A stretch of DNA of 63,341 nucleotides, the filler included, from Craspedostauros australis (taxonomy: Eukaryota): assembly GCA_030167865.1 (NCBI GenBank). It is 6 parts of 6 records of this genome, joined end to end, with 100 filler letters (N's around TTAATTAATTAA, not from the genome) between each part and the next. Parts side by side here need not be neighbours in the genome. Positions count along the whole stretch, not along the records: positions 54,957 to 62,048 come from JALAGF010001936.1; positions 62,149 to 63,341 come from JALAGF010001937.1; 4 more parts are not named here. The stretch is one strand, 5' to 3'. The position numbers and the translations under genes were made by a program. The notes under the pieces are model-generated. The model was not told the DNA's origin. It searched no databases and was given only the letters and a program-made list of their open reading frames with translations. This document shows positions 58,701-63,341 of this stretch, piece after piece. Position 1 is the stretch's first letter. Each line of letters opens with the position of its first letter.

Positions 58701-61656
58701 CTCGGAACCACAAAAGGAGCTCCTACGTTGGCACTACCGACTCGCCCATCTCTCCTTTCGACGAGTACAGTTCCTCCTTCGCTCAGGCACCCTGTCTAAC
58801 TCCGAATCCACCCGCAAGCTCCACACCGCCGCTGCAAGACTACAGCACCTACCTATGTGTGCAGCCTGCCAATTCGGAAAGCAACACAGACGCGCTACAC
58901 CAGGCACAACCCAACACATCATCCGCGACCGTCAAGGCGTCCTTAAAACCGACCACCTCTTCCCAGATCAACAGGTCTCTGTCGATCACTTCATCGGGCG
59001 GACACCTGGTCGTCTCTTCTCTGGACGAGGGAAAGCCGACGCATCCGAAATGTACAAGGGAGGTGCAATGTTTGTGGATCATGCATCTGGATACATTCAT
59101 GTGGAACCTGTCGCATCATTGACAACCCATGCAACACTGGAAGCAAAGCAGAGGTTCGAAGTTGTGTGCCATGATGTCGGTGTGCCTGTCAGATCGTATC
59201 TGTCTGACAATGCAACAACCTTCACATCACCCGAATACACCAAGCATCTCGAACAATTCAACCAGATTCATCGGTTTGCAGGAGTGGGAGCTCACCATCA
59301 CAACGGCATCGCAGAACGAAGCATCCGAACTATCGTCTCCATGGCTCGAACCATGATGATGCATCAGAGCATTCACTGGCCTGAGATGTTCGATGCGCAG
59401 TTGTGGCCAATGGCGGTTGTGCACGCCGCATATGTGTACAATCGTGTACCAAATCACACAACCGGTCTCACTCCACTTGACATTCTCTCTCGTTCACGCA
59501 TCCCTCTCAAGCAACTTCACAACTTGCATGTTTGGGGCTGTCCTGTGTATGTTCTGAACAAGGCACTGGCCGACGGACGAAAAATCCCACGATGGGAGCC
59601 GCGAGGAGAACGGTACGTCAACATGGGACTGTCACCCAGACACGCATCAACGGTACCGCTCGTTCTCTCTCCACGAACCGGCTCCATTACACCGCAGTTT
59701 CACGTAGTGTTCGATGACTGGTTCGCAACCATCGCAACCAGCTCCAGCCAACTGCCAGACTACAACACAGAACAATGGACAAGGATGTTTGGTGATACCA
59801 CATACCAATATCCGTTCGATGAGGACGACCTCATCGACTTGGAACAACAAGAGAGCGCCGAAGCCGAACAACAAGAGCACGACCACTTGCGTCGAAACGA
59901 CGTCCGCAGTGACCACGTTCCCTCTTCACACCGAATGCAGCGTCCTCCATCCAGCACGGAGCACACAACCACAAGAATCAGTCAACAGCAAGGAAGCTCA
60001 CGGCGACCAACCCACACATCGCTGCCACAGTCACAACCATCCGTGGCAAGTAGCCCAGCACCATCGGTGATGCCATCACCATTATCATCGACAGAGGGAG
60101 AGAAGCCCAGCATGCCATCGACAGAGGGAGATGAGCCCGCTCTACCGCGCTCATCCTCTACATCAGCAGCGGCCCGCAACCTTCCACCATCATCACCATT
60201 GCTACCAACGCGAGGTCCATCACCTCCATTCAACAACGAGAGTGTAGCCATGCATCCTGATGATGACGATACCGTCGAAGATGGCTTTGTCGCACCACAG
60301 GAGGACGGTAGTCTGCAACCGACGCCAACCAAGACTTCGCCACCCTCGCCATCGCCACCACGTTCGCCATCGCAGGTATCCTCGCCATCACAGCCACTTC
60401 CATCAGCCCTTCGCCAACCAAGACGCAAGCAGGACACCGCTCCTACTCGACGCTCTGCTCGTATTCGTGCGCAAGGCAAAAGAGAACGAAAGGCTCCGCA
60501 ACGTCTCAACTATGACGAGTTGGGAGGACGTGTTGCATGGACGGACGAAGACGACGGCACGCTCGTCACCGAACACGCCTTTCCTGCCGTCGTAACGCAG
60601 CACACCAATCATGATGCCCCAACCAATACGGATCCATCATCCCAGCTGGATGACGCTTTGGGCACGTGCATCGAGACGTTCGAGCAACAACGCGACCGTG
60701 GTACCCCTCGCTTTAATGAGTTCGTTACTTCTTCGCTCCACACTCTACGCAATCTGCGCGCCTCCATCCCCACTTTCAACGAACCAAGTCACACCATCAG
60801 CGCTCAAGACAGAGCATGGGCCCTTGGTGATCTGGAGATGGAGCGCTTCTTACGTGCGCAACAGCTGGAAATCAGAGCAGCCATCGAACAAGAAGCGGAG
60901 CAAGCAGAAAATCGTGGGCAACATCATCACGCTCATATGGCGGAGCACGAAGAAAACAACGAAGAGAACGAACACCCCTCCGTCCCACCGGAGGTCTTTC
61001 GTGCTACTATCCAGAACGCCCTGCATCAGTTCTTCATCAACCAACTTCAGTTTCCTTTCCCTTTGGCTGAGTACCAACAACGCACTCTACACCATGCCTT
61101 GGAATTGATAGTGATCACGATGAACAATGTGATAGCAGGAGAGCGCCTCCAGCTCCCAATGGAGTATCTTCACTTCCTATCGGCGTTCCCACGAGGACCC
61201 GATGGATATGTGGATCCAGTAGCTGCAATGGCAAGCGACTCCTGGCCACCGCCACCCTGCTTCACCATGGCACAGATTGACCAACGACTTGCGAGCATCC
61301 AGGCAATCGTTCGAACCCACGAAGAGGCAGCCGATTCGCTGTATGCCATTCTTTGGGAGCTTGGCATGTTCCCTGACAATGAGAACGAAGAGGCAGGAGG
61401 AAGCGAAGCATCCACAGAAGAACCAAATGATAGCGATGGTGACGAACAACACCATGCTAACGTAGCTGTCTCACCAACCCCTTACATCAACCGTCTTTCT
61501 CTTCCTGCATCCACATATGTGGACAGCGACATCCTGGCTTTCTTTGCTGTGAATGGACACTGGACGATATCTGAACATCTTGGTGCCTTCAAGGCATCCA
61601 AGTCGGATCCAGATACCCTCACGTTTGACGAAGCTATGCGGGATGACAACTATTAG
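55705..61656 (+). CDS. Copia gag-pol polyprotein (gag, Zn knuckle, aspartic protease, GAG-pre-integrase, integrase); RT and RNase H absent
   Basis: WCAKCRHWRISHNTASH; VVWDSGAS; WHYRLAH...CAAC; SVDHF...SDNA...GIAER (DDE); HVWGCPVY...HVVFDD. Ends at the pre-RT motif DPDTLTFDEAM. Confidence 0.93.
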   Translation: MDGDEDTSGIRRLQDQILDLSAVIAQVQAGLNESRAAANAAAAEATAATATAQAAASATAAARAAAPEATPEDLNRAAEAAEATRIAVEAALGAAAAQAAANQAPEGADPEDSSELTFMNDPPSLDIGGGDAGGNGGLDAGGGGAPDGSTSSDDSSDDGKPTKPIMGGLFKIGKHWTPWTGGEPNVTWTGLADTTVVKQRGSGQLRILHNGSESKNQVEREKGLRPRFAPGGNIQRFIRLIRDHMTARGMSAMSYMRDTSNPSRMICVLDSPSAFNATQAMAHHEKYSKKWDDYDRENNDSASRFLRDSLDPDLEDRLMNKIQPKYQQDFNVIFCELINAVTSDALNKYARLRDEIRTLTPQSFAGENIQAMADKLRVLCKELDDANKFEFSLLRDMIDNFYSAGGRTSSGERYRHRILGISDKLFKIVEDIPFATYENAQRRLVSEKLTWWDICNTAEGAYRNEVQGNKWHTNRTSRDRNVPKHYANHSTTEKQANMLEQNKHSKSKNAKGKPSAKNSGRNSSRRQGPWITTPPKQGEPQHKLVNNKTFMWCAKCRHWRISHNTASHVDNFQPKSKKQDLEIDYAAWTCRTSYSSKDEATWWSMVWNLMTSFDFAGCLTGSVLLFASLQIAILGIDYGWYVASATTWMVISLSLLTLHLNVPRRPQPAPKLRTRNSRRWKRHKPTRNRNAYYNQPVKPKDSLYDQLFGNGDFKRFLKNNRRCERNTKSFTRNQVYGCVNQRDGCESKFATKHKYHPSRHRPPSRPNRHEHPWDLIAPAHEYANKNVNGSEPKINSTSTTGANQTTSHIPEKLNFAYKLITTTFGLHNVFASPTKAEQSLANDAPFEVVWDSGASISITNDKRDFVGKTKAPARTTFLSGFLNRTKVNILGTVNWTILDTTGQPRTLCLPAFYVPGSSTRLLSTTSLLKTYPGETFTLMEDSCRLSGIQGDPKKGSILVHHKPSSNLPTSIAYRLQDIQDLPSALTSVVTQVATHNTNLSEPQKELLRWHYRLAHLSFRRVQFLLRSGTLSNSESTRKLHTAAARLQHLPMCAACQFGKQHRRATPGTTQHIIRDRQGVLKTDHLFPDQQVSVDHFIGRTPGRLFSGRGKADASEMYKGGAMFVDHASGYIHVEPVASLTTHATLEAKQRFEVVCHDVGVPVRSYLSDNATTFTSPEYTKHLEQFNQIHRFAGVGAHHHNGIAERSIRTIVSMARTMMMHQSIHWPEMFDAQLWPMAVVHAAYVYNRVPNHTTGLTPLDILSRSRIPLKQLHNLHVWGCPVYVLNKALADGRKIPRWEPRGERYVNMGLSPRHASTVPLVLSPRTGSITPQFHVVFDDWFATIATSSSQLPDYNTEQWTRMFGDTTYQYPFDEDDLIDLEQQESAEAEQQEHDHLRRNDVRSDHVPSSHRMQRPPSSTEHTTTRISQQQGSSRRPTHTSLPQSQPSVASSPAPSVMPSPLSSTEGEKPSMPSTEGDEPALPRSSSTSAAARNLPPSSPLLPTRGPSPPFNNESVAMHPDDDDTVEDGFVAPQEDGSLQPTPTKTSPPSPSPPRSPSQVSSPSQPLPSALRQPRRKQDTAPTRRSARIRAQGKRERKAPQRLNYDELGGRVAWTDEDDGTLVTEHAFPAVVTQHTNHDAPTNTDPSSQLDDALGTCIETFEQQRDRGTPRFNEFVTSSLHTLRNLRASIPTFNEPSHTISAQDRAWALGDLEMERFLRAQQLEIRAAIEQEAEQAENRGQHHHAHMAEHEENNEENEHPSVPPEVFRATIQNALHQFFINQLQFPFPLAEYQQRTLHHALELIVITMNNVIAGERLQLPMEYLHFLSAFPRGPDGYVDPVAAMASDSWPPPPCFTMAQIDQRLASIQAIVRTHEEAADSLYAILWELGMFPDNENEEAGGSEASTEEPNDSDGDEQHHANVAVSPTPYINRLSLPASTYVDSDILAFFAVNGHWTISEHLGAFKASKSDPDTLTFDEAMRDDNY

Positions 61657-62048
61657 CTCAAACTAGTATTCCTATTAGTCGTGTTAAGATTTAGTCGAGT
61701 TAGTCAAATGACCGACTGCTCAGAGTTTGAGCGGGAATGAAGCGTGACTCAATGTCGGTGGGATGGGGTCCCACCCTCGAATCGTGCTCTACTTAAGACG
61801 ATGTCGCGTGTCCGCTGAATTTGGGTTTGGGCGATCGGGCCATCCCACGCCACTTATGGGCGTGACATGACGTGTCCTGAACGGACAATCGGATCAAACC
61901 GTTGGATGAACCTTGTTCCCCCAAAGTGATCGGAAGAGAGTGAACAACAAACTCTCTCTCCGACCGTCACGAAATTGATGTCTCCTCTTGGAAATGGCAA
62001 CATCGACACCGCGATGATTGCACGTACGGAGACTCAACGCTCCACTAT

Positions 62049-62148
62049 NNNNNNNNNNNNNNNNNNNNNNNNNNNNNNNNNNNNNNNNNNNNTTAATTAA
62101 TTAANNNNNNNNNNNNNNNNNNNNNNNNNNNNNNNNNNNNNNNNNNNN
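62049..62148. other. Artificial contig-joining spacer
   Basis: N44-TTAATTAATTAA-N44. Confidence 0.97.
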
Positions 62149-62562
62149 TGCAAGTGCATTGCTTCCTTCTGTCATCTGTTGCTGCAACCAATCAGATTGT
62201 AGCTCTTAAGAAGACCGAATTGGCTCTTCCTCATCCAGGATCGGAAGATTCAGGTCAGATCTCCAAAGAGAGAGGATATGCATCAGCTGCTTCACAGGAG
62301 CAGTTGCTGTCATGTTTGATCCCACCAAAGGACGGCTTATCCCATGGCGCTGCATGCTTGACTTTTCTAACACTCCTCAAGCTGGAGGACCTTTCACCAT
62401 ATTTTCAAATCGATTGTAATTGACAACCTATTGCAATTACTCTACAGTTTACATCTATCAAGTTCACTTTGCCCTGCCTGGTTCTCAACAACAAGCGGCC
62501 TCAAGCCGGTTGAGAACAGGCCATCTCAGGGAACGTGTCCCCAAAAAGACACGAAACATTCA
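62149..62562 (+). repeat. Second copy of the copia LTR (3' or solo LTR)
   Basis: Matches 54957-55370, ends in CA and is not followed by the PBS. Confidence 0.9.
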
Positions 62563-62722
62563 CTATAGTCATGTGTACGAATGCAATGTATAGATTTAAT
62601 TGTAAACCATGTATTATTGAGATATAGCATGATAAGCAGATGTTTGGATGGATTTTGGATGCTCTCTAGAGTAGTCTACGTATCACGACTCATCCCCCAC
62701 AAAACTCCACAACTAGTGTTAT
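62563..62722. mobile_element. Diverged fragment of the A/B/C repeat family
   Basis: Colinear with 24171-24341 (TTGAGATATA, TGTTTGGATGG, TATCACGACTCATC, ACTCCACAACTAGTGTTAT), with many substitutions and one deletion. Confidence 0.85.
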
Positions 62723-63341
62723 TAGAGAATTCTCGCAAGGAACCACTTCCCGATTTCAGCTGCCCACGAAGACAGAGATGCGACACGGGTCTGGCTGGTC
62801 TTGAAATCGGGAAAAGTTGCTCGTTGGAGTCAATTTCAGAGCGCTTCGTGAACAAATAAGTACTTGAACAGTTCCCCCATGGCACTGCATCAGTTCTCCT
62901 ACAATAGTTCTTCTATCTTTTTCAGTCTACTCCTGCCTGTCCGCTTTTTTGCCGAAAAGGGGCGCAAAGGGGCTACAATTGGCCACATGGGGCTACAATC
63001 TTCCCGGATAAAAACAACCAACCCTTATCACCAACAACAATGTATAATAATGGTATCAATCGAAAGCCAAGAGTGAGATCTATCTGATGATGTTGTCAAA
63101 CTTGCTGTGTGTTGATCGCTTGGATTCCATTTTATCGCTTGTGTTGACCCCATTTTGGAGGTTTTCCCCAAACCGACCGCGAAAAAAAAACGGTGGGAAA
63201 CGCAAGGGCTACACAGGGGCTACACGTACAATTCTACTGGGCCCTGGTACAAAACATTTTTCGGAACCCGTTCAAAACAGGCGCGCAAGCCTCTTCCATC
63301 CCCGGTTGGCACTTTGTTTCGTCTGTTGGACCTGTTCGTGG

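Larger units (their letters stand above)
54957..61656 (+). mobile_element. Ty1/copia LTR retrotransposon (CoDi-like), interrupted before RT/RNase H
   Basis: LTR + PBS + single ORF in gag-protease-integrase order (integrase ahead of RT = copia). Confidence 0.93.

Noticed and set aside
54957..62562. One complete LTR-to-LTR element
   Set aside because: The two LTR copies are on different contigs separated by an artificial spacer; linkage is not shown.

Overview
Eukaryotic nuclear DNA, most likely a diatom. Evidence: an ASA-F bipartite plastid presequence, a CoDi-like Ty1/copia element, an HA-domain protein and RXL motifs. The window is not one locus. It is six contigs (1-5901, 6002-23902, 24003-40612, 40713-54856, 54957-62048, 62149-63341) joined by artificial N44-TTAATTAATTAA-N44 spacers, so adjacency across a spacer means nothing. 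It holds about 20 protein genes (HA-domain, DUF2470, METTL21-like, MYND, SFT2, His-rich, peptidase S51-like, metzincin, D27-like, FkbM, SET, two TPR-like proteins ending AxAA, and several hypotheticals) and an intron-containing tRNA-Tyr(GUA). Three near-identical copies and one diverged copy of a TA-flanked DNA-transposon end are present. A copia element (LTR, initiator-Met-like PBS, 1983-aa gag-PR-IN ORF) carries a putative transmembrane insert and a long extra domain, and is interrupted just before RT by a hairpin-rich segment. All family assignments come from motif recognition by eye; no searches were run.
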